Counted from the first letter of the stretch, positions 10,987-22,011 are shown. The stretch: 49,488 nucleotides of DNA from an uncultured Fimbriimonas sp. (GCA_964245875.1 CAXTOO010000002.1:1-49488); one strand, 5' to 3'. Notes: generated from the sequence alone by a model not told the origin. Translations and numbers: made by a program.

Positions 10987-11831
10987 GCCTTCACCGCCTG
11001 CTCCATCTCGGTGAAGCCGGGACGGACGCCCGTCTCGATGTTGCGGCGGGCGAACTCGACGCAGGTGATCGGCGACTCGCCCCGCGCGAACGAGAACAGC
11101 GCGTACCGGATGCAGTTCATGTACTGCCCCTCCGACTCGTTCCGCAGCATCATCGCCTTCGAGATCGGCGCGAAGATGCCGTACGCGAGGAAGATGCCGA
11201 GGAACGTTCCGACGAGCGACGCGCCGACCGACTCGCCGATCGCCGCCGCCTCGCCGCCGATCTTGCCCATCGTGATGATGATGCCGAGCACCGCCGCGAC
11301 GATCCCGAAGCCCGGCATCGCGTCGCCCATCGTCTGGATCGCCTCGGCAGGCCCCGCCTGCTCCTTGTGCGAGACCTCAAGGTCGAGCTCCATCATGTCC
11401 GCGAGGTCGTGCGGACCGACGGAGCCGGTGAGGATCACCTTCAGCGTGTCGCAGAAGAACGCGCTCGCGTGGTGGTTCGCGAGGAACACCGGGTACTTGC
11501 CCAGGATGTCGCTCGACTCCGGCGCCTCGATGTGCTTCTCCAAGCCCAGAAGGCCCTCCTTCCGGGCCACATTGAAGAGCTGGTACATCATCTTAAGCAG
11601 ATCGGTGTAGCAGGGCTTCGTGAACGGGTCGGGCTTGAGCAGGCCCATCACCCCCTTGATCGCGCCCTGGAACCCCTTCATCCCGCTCGCCGCGATGAGC
11701 GAGCCGATGCCCGCGCCGCCGAGGATGATGAACTCGTTGATCTGGATGAGGACGGCGAAGTTGCCGCCGTGCATCGTGTAGCCGACCATGATGGCCACGA
11801 GCGCCACGACGATGCCGATGATGGTGAACAT
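10983..11831 (-). CDS. motA: Flagellar motor stator protein MotA
   Basis: ARKEGLLGLE, DAMPGFGIVAAVLGII, SLVGTFLGIFLAYG. Confidence 0.96.
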   Translation of the reverse strand: MFTIIGIVVALVAIMVGYTMHGGNFAVLIQINEFIILGGAGIGSLIAASGMKGFQGAIKGVMGLLKPDPFTKPCYTDLLKMMYQLFNVARKEGLLGLEKHIEAPESSDILGKYPVFLANHHASAFFCDTLKVILTGSVGPHDLADMMELDLEVSHKEQAGPAEAIQTMGDAMPGFGIVAAVLGIIITMGKIGGEAAAIGESVGASLVGTFLGIFLAYGIFAPISKAMMLRNESEGQYMNCIRYALFSFARGESPITCVEFARRNIETGVRPGFTEMEQAVKA

Positions 11832-11843
11832 GGCCTAGCAGAA

Positions 11844-11870
11844 GTGTCGGCGCGCCTTCAAAGGTTTTGT
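11844..11870 (-). promoter_or_regulatory. Putative sigma28 (FliA) promoter of motAB
   Basis: ACAA-N15-GCCGACAC versus consensus TAAA-N15-GCCGATAA, 12 nt upstream of the motA ATG. Confidence 0.5.
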
Positions 11871-11959
11871 AGGGCCCGCTGTGGTTCCCCGTAGAGACGC
11901 TTCAATTCTTTGCCCTCTAACTTTGTCCTCCGTGAACCCGTGAGCGATCGTGATCCCTT

Positions 11960-11981
11960 GTAGCGGCAGGGCTTGCCCTGC
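11960..11981 (+). repeat. GTAG-type REP, copy 1
   Basis: GTAGCGGCAGGGCTTGCCCTGC; 21/22 match to the reverse complement of 27197-27218. Confidence 0.7.
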
Positions 11982-12091
11982 GGGAACGTCTCGCCCGACG
12001 GCTCGCGCAGGAGCTTCCGCAAACCCCGTCCGGCTTTTTAGCCGGGATGCACTTGTGCCCGCGCCGCGAGGCGGTCCGCCGAGCCGCTAGG

Positions 12092-13198
12092 ATGAACACC
12101 GACCACAAACGACGGCATGGAACCCTGCTCCCCGCACAGCCGCCCAACCGCGGGTTGAACATCTTGGCGTTCTGGGGCGGCACCGTCTTGGTGCTGGTCA
12201 CGCTCTGGGAGGCGTTCGAGACCATGATCCTCCCCCGCGCCATCATGCGGCCGGGACGCGTCACCCATGTCTTCTATCGATCCACCCACGGAATCCAGCG
12301 GAGTCTCGCGCGGCACATCCCCTCCAGGATCCTGAAGGAGACCGTGCTGTCCGCCTACGGGCCGCTCTCCCTGCTGCTGCTCGTCGCCCTCTGGGCGCTG
12401 CTCATCGTCTTCGGCTTCGGACTGGTCCACTACGGCCGCCACACGCACTTCAGCCAGTACCCCGATCCCTCGCTCGGCACCTGCGTCTACTTCAGCGGCT
12501 CGACGTTCTTCACCCTCGGCTACGGCGACTTCACCCCCGTGGGCCACCTCGGCCGGACCCTCGCGGTGGTCGAGGCGGGCCTGGGCTTCGGGATGCTGGC
12601 CTCGGTGATCGGCTACTTCCCCGTCCTCTACCAGGCGTTCTCCAACCGGGAAGCGGCGATCGTGCGCCTCGCCAATCGGTGCGGCGGCGAGATCGACGGC
12701 GTCGGGCTCGTCGTCCGGTACGCCCGGCACGGCAACCACGAGGGGCTCGTCGCCGCCTTGGAGACGCTGGAGGAGTGGCTCTCGGAGCTGCTGGAGACGA
12801 CCGTCAGCTACCCCATGCTCGCGTTCTACCGTTCGCAACGAGACGACCGATCGTGGATCGGGGCCATGACCGCGGTGCTCGACGCCACGGTCGTCCTCCA
12901 GATGAAGACGGAGCCGCCCTGGCCACCGCGCCTCGTGGATCAGGCGGAGCTGACCTTCTCGATGGCGCAGCGGGCGTTGCAGGCGATGACGAAGGCGCTC
13001 CGCCAGCACCCCGACCCCGCTTGGCGCCGCCCGCGCAACATGGAGGCGCTCCGGGCGCGGCTGGCGCGTTCGGGCATCGCGCTCGCGGCGGGGAACGAGG
13101 AGCGATGGGAGGAGTTCGCCGGTCGCTATGACCCCGAGGCGGAGTGCCTCGCCGACTTCCTGTCGCTCCACCTCCCCGCTTGGCCCGTCGCGGCGTGA
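12092..13198 (+). CDS. Potassium-channel family (two-TM pore) membrane protein
   Basis: Selectivity-filter motif TFFTLGYGD with flanking TM helices; start uncertain. Confidence 0.85.
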   Translation: MNTDHKRRHGTLLPAQPPNRGLNILAFWGGTVLVLVTLWEAFETMILPRAIMRPGRVTHVFYRSTHGIQRSLARHIPSRILKETVLSAYGPLSLLLLVALWALLIVFGFGLVHYGRHTHFSQYPDPSLGTCVYFSGSTFFTLGYGDFTPVGHLGRTLAVVEAGLGFGMLASVIGYFPVLYQAFSNREAAIVRLANRCGGEIDGVGLVVRYARHGNHEGLVAALETLEEWLSELLETTVSYPMLAFYRSQRDDRSWIGAMTAVLDATVVLQMKTEPPWPPRLVDQAELTFSMAQRALQAMTKALRQHPDPAWRRPRNMEALRARLARSGIALAAGNEERWEEFAGRYDPEAECLADFLSLHLPAWPVAA

Positions 13199-13201
13199 AA
13201 G

Positions 13202-13224
13202 GGACCGTCACTCTCTGGAGTGGC
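13202..13224 (+). repeat. Palindromic REP-like element GGACCGYCACTCTCYGGAGTGGC
   Basis: 21/23 identical to 47330-47352; both copies directly follow a stop codon. Confidence 0.7.
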
Positions 13225-13256
13225 ACCGTAAATCTGCTCCAGGACTCTTCCCCACA

Positions 13257-13460
13257 GTTGACTTTTCCCCCGCCCGGCGCGGAGAGGATGCGACGCTCCA
13301 TTCCCCGCAGAACGCGCCCGCGCCCGTACTTTCCCAATCTGAACAAATTTTCTCGGTTTCACGCCCCGCGCAATCCCTCGAACCTAAAAGGTCGGAAATG
13401 GATAGCGCTTCAGGGGCGTTTGCAAGCATCGGACGCGCTTGCGATGCATCGTTCTCTTCC
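13257..13460 (+). repeat. Dispersed non-coding element family B, copy 1
   Basis: Shares GTTGACTTTTC, CCAATCTGAACAAATTTTCTC, GATAGC.CTTC and GTTTGCAAGCAT blocks with the reverse complement of 26910-27136. Confidence 0.85.
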
Positions 13461-13514
13461 AAAAAGGCCACTCTAGCGAACTGTGGCCGTTGACCGCGAG
13501 GAAGCCTTCCGGCA

Positions 13515-13585
13515 CGACACCGAAGGGGTCTCAGAGGGTAGCCGGGGGTCGCTGCGGTCCCGAACCGATCCAGGAGGGGTCGCAG
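13515..13585 (+). repeat. Solo copy of the REP flanking the IS200-like transposase
   Basis: cgacaccgaaggggtc..gtagccggggg..ggaggggtcgca aligns with 44617-44708. Confidence 0.75.
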
Positions 13586-13614
13586 GAGAATGTCTCCGGT
13601 TCGCGGAACAGGAC

Positions 13615-16185
13615 CTACAGACGAGGGTCCACCGGCTCGCTCTCCAACGCCAGAACGCCGAACACGCACTCGTGCACCCGCCGAAGGGGCTCGCGGCGCA
13701 CGAACCGCTCCACCGCCTCGACGCCCAGCGCGAACTCGCGCAGGGCGAGCGACCGCTTCCGGTTCAGACCCCGCTTCCGCAGCCGTTCCAGGTTCTGCGG
13801 CTCCAGGTACTCCGGGCCGTAGATGATGCGCAGGTACTCCGGCCCGCGGCACTTCACCGCGGGCTGGAGAAGCTCGTCGTCCTTCATGGCGATGAACGAC
13901 TGCGGCTTGACCACCATGCCCTCGCCGCCCGCGCCCGTCCGCTCGGTCCACCACTCGCCCGCGAGGGCAACGTCCTCGGGATCGTTCGTCGCGACTTCCC
14001 GCCAGGGCGTCGCGAGCAGAATCGGATCGTCGCCCGCCATGCGGGCGAGGGTCGTCATGTGCCAGGCGTGGTCGCGGTCGAAGAAGGTCCGACCCTCGCT
14101 CGCCAGGAGGTGGAAGGGTGCCAAGCGGTAGTCGTCCAGCGAACGCACCGGCCAGCAGTAGCGGCGGTAGGCGTCGACGTAGCGGCCAGCATCCGCGTGG
14201 CGCGCGGCAATCCGGGCCTGAAGCGCCGGATCGCCCCCGGACACCGCGAGCGCGGCGGTCGTGGCGGCAAGGGCCGCCGCGCCGACCGGCGCGTACTGCG
14301 TCCGCAGCAGCTCCTGAGCCTTCGCCGACCAGGGCATCAGCTCGCAGTCGAGCAGGAGCCAGTCGGTCTCCAGCTCTCCGAACAGCGGCGCGGGGCTCGC
14401 CGCCACCCTTGCGAGGAACTCGGCCTCAAGCTCCGGTTCGTTGAAGAACCGTCGTCCAGTGCGCGTCAGCACCGCGCCCGTCTCGCCGCCGAGCACACCG
14501 AAGCGCGTCCGGGCGGCATCGGCGTCGCGGCAGACCACGACCACGGCGCGCGAACCCATGTGCTTCTCCTCCAGCACAACGCGCTCGACCCCGAAGTGGC
14601 GGTAGTAGCCGATCGCCTCGTCGGGATGCTCCAACAACCCCTCGCGCTTGGTCGTCTCGCTGGGCGACATCGTCGGCGGCAGGTAGACGATCCACTTGGG
14701 GTCGGCGGCGAAGCGGCTCATGACCTCCAACGCGGCGACGCCGTTCTCCTCGGGGATCGTGACGCGGCGGCGAAGGCGGGTCTCGATCCCGAGCTTGCCC
14801 GACACGTCCGCGAGGTCAAGGGAATCATCGAGCGACTGCTGGCCCGTCAGTTCCGGTTCCGACGCGACCAGAGGCCGCGCGGGAACCGCATACTCCCGTT
14901 GCGCCAGAACGTCCACCAGTTCCAGCTCGGGATAGCGCAATGCAGTCAGGCGACCGCCGAACACGCACCCGGTGTCGATGTCGATCGTGTCGTTGATCCA
15001 CTCCGGCGTCGGCACGGGCGTGTGGCCGTACACGACCTTCGCCTTGCCGCGGTAGTCCGCCGCCCAGGGATACCGCACAGGCAGGCCGAACTCGTCGGTC
15101 TCGCCGGTCGTCTCGCCGTACAGCGCGAAGTCGCGGACGCGGCCCGAGGCGCGGCCCATCATCGACTCCTTCATGCCCGCGTGGGCCACGACGAGCCGGC
15201 CCTCGTCCAGCACATAGTGGCTCACGAGGCCGTCGATGAACCGCGTGACCGCCTTGACGAACTCCGGCGTCTCCTGGGCGAGTTGGTCCAAAGAGTCCTG
15301 AAGGCCGTGCGTGATCGAGACCTTCTGGCCCTTGAGCGCCCGCATGAGCTTCACATCGTGGTTGCCCGGAACGCAAAAGCCCGTGCCCTGCGCGATCGCG
15401 CTCATGGCGAGGCGCAGCACGCCCGGCGTGTCAGGACCCCGATCCACAAGGTCGCCGACGAACACGAGCTTGCGACCGTCCGGGTGGGCGATCCGATGCG
15501 AGATCGGCAGGTCGCGGAGCAGCTTGCCGTGGCGAAGCTCGCCCTCGACCGCCGGAGCCTCCCCCTCCTCGACGACGTAGCCGAGCTTCGCGAGAAGCTC
15601 GCGCAGTTCGTCGAGGCAGCCGTGGACGTCGCCCACGATGTCGAACGGGCCGTGGTCGGCGCGGCGATCGTTCCACTCGGGGGTGCGCTCGATCGTCACC
15701 GCGTCGATCTCGTCGGGTCCGTTAAGCCAATGGACAAACCGGAACTCCTTATGGAGACCACGCATGGAGTTGCGCAGATCGCGCGATTGGTTGCGGATGA
15801 CGTGGGGACCGAACTGCCGGTCGGGCCGCTGCTCGTTCCGCGCTTGGCAGACCGCCTCATCGACCTTGAACACGACTGCGACGACCGGCACGTGGAACTC
15901 CTTGGCGATCCGTAGCAGCGGCGCGCGGGAGGCGGGCTGGACGTTCGTGGCGTCCACGACGGTGAGCCGTCCGGCGGCGAGCCGCTTGCGGAGGATCGTG
16001 TGGAGCAGGTCGAACGCCTCGCCGGTCGCCGACTGGTCGTTCTCGTCGTCCGCGACGAGGCCCCGGCAGAAGTCGGAAGACACGACCTCGGTCGGCAGGA
16101 AGTGCTTCCGCCCGAAGGTGGACTTGCCGCTGCCGCTCGTTCCGACGAGCAGCACGAGGGAGAGACGAGGGATGTCGACCTTCAT
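13615..16185 (-). CDS. pnkp: Polynucleotide kinase-phosphatase (Pnkp) RNA repair enzyme
   Basis: P-loop GTSGSGKST, metallophosphatase GDVHG/GDLVDRG/GNHD/YGHTP, ligase EEKHMGSR and EGMVVKP, C-terminal VDPRL; start MKVDIP overlaps the Hen1 stop (ATGA). Confidence 0.96.
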   Translation of the reverse strand: MKVDIPRLSLVLLVGTSGSGKSTFGRKHFLPTEVVSSDFCRGLVADDENDQSATGEAFDLLHTILRKRLAAGRLTVVDATNVQPASRAPLLRIAKEFHVPVVAVVFKVDEAVCQARNEQRPDRQFGPHVIRNQSRDLRNSMRGLHKEFRFVHWLNGPDEIDAVTIERTPEWNDRRADHGPFDIVGDVHGCLDELRELLAKLGYVVEEGEAPAVEGELRHGKLLRDLPISHRIAHPDGRKLVFVGDLVDRGPDTPGVLRLAMSAIAQGTGFCVPGNHDVKLMRALKGQKVSITHGLQDSLDQLAQETPEFVKAVTRFIDGLVSHYVLDEGRLVVAHAGMKESMMGRASGRVRDFALYGETTGETDEFGLPVRYPWAADYRGKAKVVYGHTPVPTPEWINDTIDIDTGCVFGGRLTALRYPELELVDVLAQREYAVPARPLVASEPELTGQQSLDDSLDLADVSGKLGIETRLRRRVTIPEENGVAALEVMSRFAADPKWIVYLPPTMSPSETTKREGLLEHPDEAIGYYRHFGVERVVLEEKHMGSRAVVVVCRDADAARTRFGVLGGETGAVLTRTGRRFFNEPELEAEFLARVAASPAPLFGELETDWLLLDCELMPWSAKAQELLRTQYAPVGAAALAATTAALAVSGGDPALQARIAARHADAGRYVDAYRRYCWPVRSLDDYRLAPFHLLASEGRTFFDRDHAWHMTTLARMAGDDPILLATPWREVATNDPEDVALAGEWWTERTGAGGEGMVVKPQSFIAMKDDELLQPAVKCRGPEYLRIIYGPEYLEPQNLERLRKRGLNRKRSLALREFALGVEAVERFVRREPLRRVHECVFGVLALESEPVDPRL

Positions 16186-17570
16186 GCCGCCACCTTCGTG
16201 AACACCGCCATCTGCGAGGGTGCGCCGTGCGTCTCGTCCTCGGGGCCGATGCCGGAGAGGACGAACGAGTAGCCGTACGCCTCGCCCACCCGCTCGGTCC
16301 AGGCGGCGAACTCCGAGCGGCTCCACTCGAAGCGGTGGTCTCGGTGGCGCAGACCCTTCATGCCGGTGAACAGCACGTTGTACTCGCGGTTCGGGGTCGT
16401 CACCACGACCGTCCCCGGCTTCGCATGGCCGAACAGCGTCCGCTCGAAGGCGGCGAGGCGAGGCGCGTCGAGGTGTTCGATCACCTCGACCACCGCCGCG
16501 GCGTCGTAGCCGTCGAGCCGCCGGTCCCGGTAGAGCAGCGAGCCGTGCAGGAGGGTCAGCCGCTCTGCGACCATGGGCGCGAGCCGTTCCAGCTTCAGCT
16601 TGCGGCGGGCGCGGTCGAGCGAGACGACGGAGACGTCCATGCCGACGACCTCGGAGAACTGGCGGTCGGTGAGCAGCGTCTCCAACAGCTTTCCCTCGCC
16701 GCAACCGAGGTCGAGAACGCGCCGCGCGCCGGACTCCTTGAGCGTGGCGAACACCGTCGCGAGCCGGACGTCGTGGAGCGACATGGGCCGTTCCAGGCTT
16801 TCCTCCTCTTGGGCCGCGCGCTCCTCGCGGGCGTCGGGATCGGGGTCGCCGTCCTGCTCGGTCAGCCGGTCGAGCGCCTCCTTCATGAGGCTCGCGCTGC
16901 GCCGGAGATAGCGCCGCGCGATCTCCTTGCGCTCGGGATGGCCCGCCAGCCAGGTCTCACCCTTGCGAAGCAGCTTCTCGACCTCGTCGTCGCCCACGAA
17001 GTAGTGCTTCTCCTCATCGAGCACAGGGATGAGCACGTAAAGATGGTTCAAGAGATCGGCAAGGCGCACCTTCCCCCGCAGGGTGAGGCGGAAGTAGGGC
17101 GCCTCGCCCCACTCGGGGAACTCTTCATCGAGGGGCAGGCGCACGGTTTCGACGGCGTAGCCCAGAGGACCGAAGAGGCGCTGGGGCAGGTCGGCGCCGC
17201 CACGGACGGGCAGCACGGGGATCGTCGCCTCCAGGGGGATGGGCGTGTCGGCCAGCGCCTGGTGGTCTCGCGCCTTGCCGGTCATGGCGGTGCGGAAGGC
17301 GGCGTTGAGGGCCGTCGAAAGGATGCTGTTCGCGACGTAGGGCCGGTCGTTCACGTACTGGTCGAAGCGCGCGCCGTCACCGCGCACGAGTCCGACGGGA
17401 TCGATCTCCAAGACCAGCGCCATCGTGCATCGCTCCTCGGACCTTTCGGGGAAGAGAACGGTGGCGCGCCCGTGGGCGATGGTGAACTCGTGGGTCCGCT
17501 CCGGATGCTTGTGGAGCAGGTAGCCGAGATCGGTCGCGGGCCGATGTGTGGTCGTGACGGTAAGCAACAT
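16182..17570 (-). CDS. hen1: 3'-terminal RNA ribose 2'-O-methyltransferase Hen1
   Basis: MLLT...PATDLGYLLHKHP, YVNDRPY, VLDLGCGEG, EVIEH, TTPNREYN, RHRDHRFEW. Confidence 0.96.
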   Translation of the reverse strand: MLLTVTTTHRPATDLGYLLHKHPERTHEFTIAHGRATVLFPERSEERCTMALVLEIDPVGLVRGDGARFDQYVNDRPYVANSILSTALNAAFRTAMTGKARDHQALADTPIPLEATIPVLPVRGGADLPQRLFGPLGYAVETVRLPLDEEFPEWGEAPYFRLTLRGKVRLADLLNHLYVLIPVLDEEKHYFVGDDEVEKLLRKGETWLAGHPERKEIARRYLRRSASLMKEALDRLTEQDGDPDPDAREERAAQEEESLERPMSLHDVRLATVFATLKESGARRVLDLGCGEGKLLETLLTDRQFSEVVGMDVSVVSLDRARRKLKLERLAPMVAERLTLLHGSLLYRDRRLDGYDAAAVVEVIEHLDAPRLAAFERTLFGHAKPGTVVVTTPNREYNVLFTGMKGLRHRDHRFEWSRSEFAAWTERVGEAYGYSFVLSGIGPEDETHGAPSQMAVFTKVAA

Positions 17571-17573
17571 GAA

Positions 17574-17621
17574 GTGGAGCGCAGGCTTTAGCCTGCAAAA
17601 GTACCTCAGGCTTCAGCCTGG
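17574..17621. repeat. REP-like palindromes upstream of hen1
   Basis: gtggagcgcaggctttagcctgc and caggcttcagcctg; partial inverted copy gctaaagcctgctccac at about 31773-31789. Confidence 0.55.
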
Positions 17622-17738
17622 GCAAAGAACGATGGGCCACCGACGTCGCTTCCTCGGCCGCTGCGAGGAAGTGACATACGACGGGGTGCCGGTCTGGATG
17701 CCCCTCCGGGGCGCTCGCAAAGGTACGCTAGAGGTTCG

Positions 17739-18254
17739 ATGCCTGAGGAATACGACGACCCCGAAGGCCGTGAGGACCTGGAAGAGCCGCCCGCCTTCTT
17801 CCCCAAGGAAGAGGTCCTAGGCACGGACGAGCCGCAGGCCGCACCCCTTCTCGAGGTGCGCGTGGAGGGCGTGTTCGAGGACGTGAGCAGCGGGCCGAGC
17901 GCGAAGTTCGTGATCGTCGCGGACGAGATCGGGCGGCGGGTGCCGATCGCCATCGGCGGCTTCGAGTCGCGGGCGATCCTCGAGGCGATGGAAGGTATGC
18001 GGCCCGATCGCCCGATGACCCACGACCTCGTGCGGAACCTCATCGAGCGGCTCGGCGCGACGCTGGAGCGCGTGGCGATAGACGACCTCTGGAACACGGT
18101 CTACTACGCAAAGCTCGTGCTGAGCACCGAGGAAGGCGACGAGGAGATCCTCATCGACGCGCGGCCATCGGACGCGATCGCGCTGGCCCTCCGGTTCCAG
18201 GCGCCGATCTACATGAGCGACGCCATCCTCGACCAGGGCATCGAAGAGGAGTAG
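17739..18254 (+). CDS. Bifunctional nuclease (DUF151/BFN) family protein
   Basis: PIAIGGFE...RPMTHDL...YYAKL...IDARPSDAIALALR. Confidence 0.92.
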   Translation: MPEEYDDPEGREDLEEPPAFFPKEEVLGTDEPQAAPLLEVRVEGVFEDVSSGPSAKFVIVADEIGRRVPIAIGGFESRAILEAMEGMRPDRPMTHDLVRNLIERLGATLERVAIDDLWNTVYYAKLVLSTEEGDEEILIDARPSDAIALALRFQAPIYMSDAILDQGIEEE

Positions 18255-18450
18255 CGCACAACGACCGCTTCGTCTGGCTCTATCGAGGTCCGCGTACGTC
18301 CCATCGTCGGATTCCTGGAGTCGCGGGATGCCCTCGTGCCCGCGACTCGAAGCGGTCTGCCGAGCCGACGCACCACCGGCCCGTACCGGCCTTCCGCAGG
18401 ATTCCCCCATGCCCCGCGCCGACGCGGGAGCATCACCGACTCCGCCGGAC

Positions 18451-18600
18451 GTGGTTGACTTTTTCCCGCGAGCGGGCGGTGGAAGAGCACCCCTCCCCTC
18501 CGCGTCTTTCGCATCCACCGTGGTGGAAAACACGTCAACCACCCTCCGCGCAGGTTGGGCCTAAAGACCCAACCTGCGAAAGGAAAATATTTTCGACGAG
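18451..18600 (+). repeat. Dispersed non-coding element family A, copy 1 (structured)
   Basis: GTGGTTGAC...GTCAACCAC inverted repeat, perfect hairpin CGCAGGTTGGG-8nt-CCCAACCTGCG, TTTTCGA; motifs shared with 23945-24087(-) and 47646-47810(+). Confidence 0.75.
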
Positions 18601-18667
18601 TGCCTGTGGCCTTTCGACGAAATATCACAACGCTAGAGGCGAGCCGTCGAAGTATCCTCCTCGATGA

Positions 18668-20686
<2,019 letters not shown>

Positions 20687-20703
20687 GCGGTTCATAATGG
20701 GCC

Positions 20704-20985
20704 GTGCAGTACGTCGTCCACGCCTACGACTTCCCCGACGGCCAAGCCCGACGCCTCGCGGCGCGGGAGGCGCACCTGGATGGCGTGCGGCGGATGAAGG
20801 CGGCGGGAAAGTTCCACCTGGGCGGCGCACTCCTCGACACCGAGGGGCAGATGATCGGCTCGATGATGCTGATCGAGATGGCCGACGAGGCGGCGGTGCA
20901 GGAGTGGCTGCGGAGCGAGGTGTACGTCACGGAGAGAGTGTGGGAGAAGGTGGACGTGAAGCCGTTCCGCGCGGCGCCGGTCTGA
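20704..20985 (+). CDS. YciI family protein
   Basis: R...REAHL...GGALLD...GSMMLI...VKPF pattern, 93 aa. Confidence 0.88.
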   Translation: MQYVVHAYDFPDGQARRLAAREAHLDGVRRMKAAGKFHLGGALLDTEGQMIGSMMLIEMADEAAVQEWLRSEVYVTERVWEKVDVKPFRAAPV

Positions 20986-20997
20986 CGTAGAAACGAG

Positions 20998-21999
20998 GTG
21001 CGCTTCGAGGTCTCCCTCCCTGCCGACCACTTCGACCTGGAGCTCTGCGCGACGAGCGGGCAGGTGTTCCGCTGGGCGCGGCAGGACGCGGGCTGGGTCG
21101 GGGTCGATGGAGAGCGGTGGTACCGGGTTGAGAAAGACCCTCACCCTGCCCTCCGCCCGAGGGGCGGGGCCATGGGAACGATTGAGACCTTGACGCGTGC
21201 GACCGGCATGAACCGTGATGCGCGAAGGGACGCGCTCGCCTATGTCGCCGAGCCTCGAAAGGTGTACGACGAGGTCGTCTACGGGGTCGAGACGAACGGA
21301 ACGCGCGAGGATTTCGTAAGCCTGTTCCGGCTGGACTGGGACGCCGACCTCGTCCGCGATGAGGTTCTGCGCCGAGGACCCGAGATCGAGCCGTATCTGG
21401 GGACGCTGGAGGGCCTAAGGCTGATGCGGCCGAGCGATCCCGTCGAGACGTTCTTCTCGTTCCTCTGCTCGCCGAACAACAACCTGCCGCGCATCGTGAC
21501 GATGGTCGGCGCGCTCGCGAGGTACGGCCCGCTCCTCCCCGGCACGGAGTTGCATCGCTTTCCTGATGCGGAGGTAGTGGCCACCATCCCGGAAGCGGAG
21601 CTACGCGAGCGCAAGTTCGGCTACCGTGCGGCGACGATCCCAAGGGCCGCGCAAGAACTGGTACGCCGGGGCGGTCGCGACTACCTGGAGCACCTGAAAT
21701 CGGTGCCGTACGAGGAGGCCCACGCCGCGCTTGTGACGTTCCACGGCATAGGTCCGAAGCTTGCGGACTGCATCGCGCTCTTTGCGCTCCACCACACCTG
21801 CGCGGTGCCGGTCGACACGCATCTCTGGCACGCCGCGACCCGGCTCTATTTCCCAGAGTGGGAGCAGGCGTCGATCACCGACCTCAAGTACAAAGCGGTC
21901 TCCTCGCACGTCCGGGGCCGCTTCGGCGACCTTACCGGCTGGGCGCACCAGCACCTGTTCTTCGACTCGGTTCTGAACTGGCGGAGCCGGTTGAAGTAG
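20998..21999 (+). CDS. 8-oxoguanine DNA glycosylase (OGG1-like, HhH-GPD)
   Basis: SGQVFRW, FSFLCSPNNN, FGYRA, GIGPKLADCIALF, VPVDTH, GWAHQHLF; contains a ~45-aa apparent insertion. Confidence 0.92.
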   Translation: MRFEVSLPADHFDLELCATSGQVFRWARQDAGWVGVDGERWYRVEKDPHPALRPRGGAMGTIETLTRATGMNRDARRDALAYVAEPRKVYDEVVYGVETNGTREDFVSLFRLDWDADLVRDEVLRRGPEIEPYLGTLEGLRLMRPSDPVETFFSFLCSPNNNLPRIVTMVGALARYGPLLPGTELHRFPDAEVVATIPEAELRERKFGYRAATIPRAAQELVRRGGRDYLEHLKSVPYEEAHAALVTFHGIGPKLADCIALFALHHTCAVPVDTHLWHAATRLYFPEWEQASITDLKYKAVSSHVRGRFGDLTGWAHQHLFFDSVLNWRSRLK

Positions 22000-22011
22000 G
22001 TCGAATCGAAC

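Noticed and set aside
13615-16704. 1029-aa Pnkp with a long N-terminal extension
   Set aside because: The extension overlaps hen1 in another frame. The real start at 16185 gives the typical ATGA coupling.
18451-18600. Family A as IscB omega/HEARO RNA or as a CRISPR leader/array
   Set aside because: The order is GTTGAC...GTCAAC, opposite to the usual omega-RNA 5' stem. No iscB/tnpB/cas gene or regularly spaced repeats are present.
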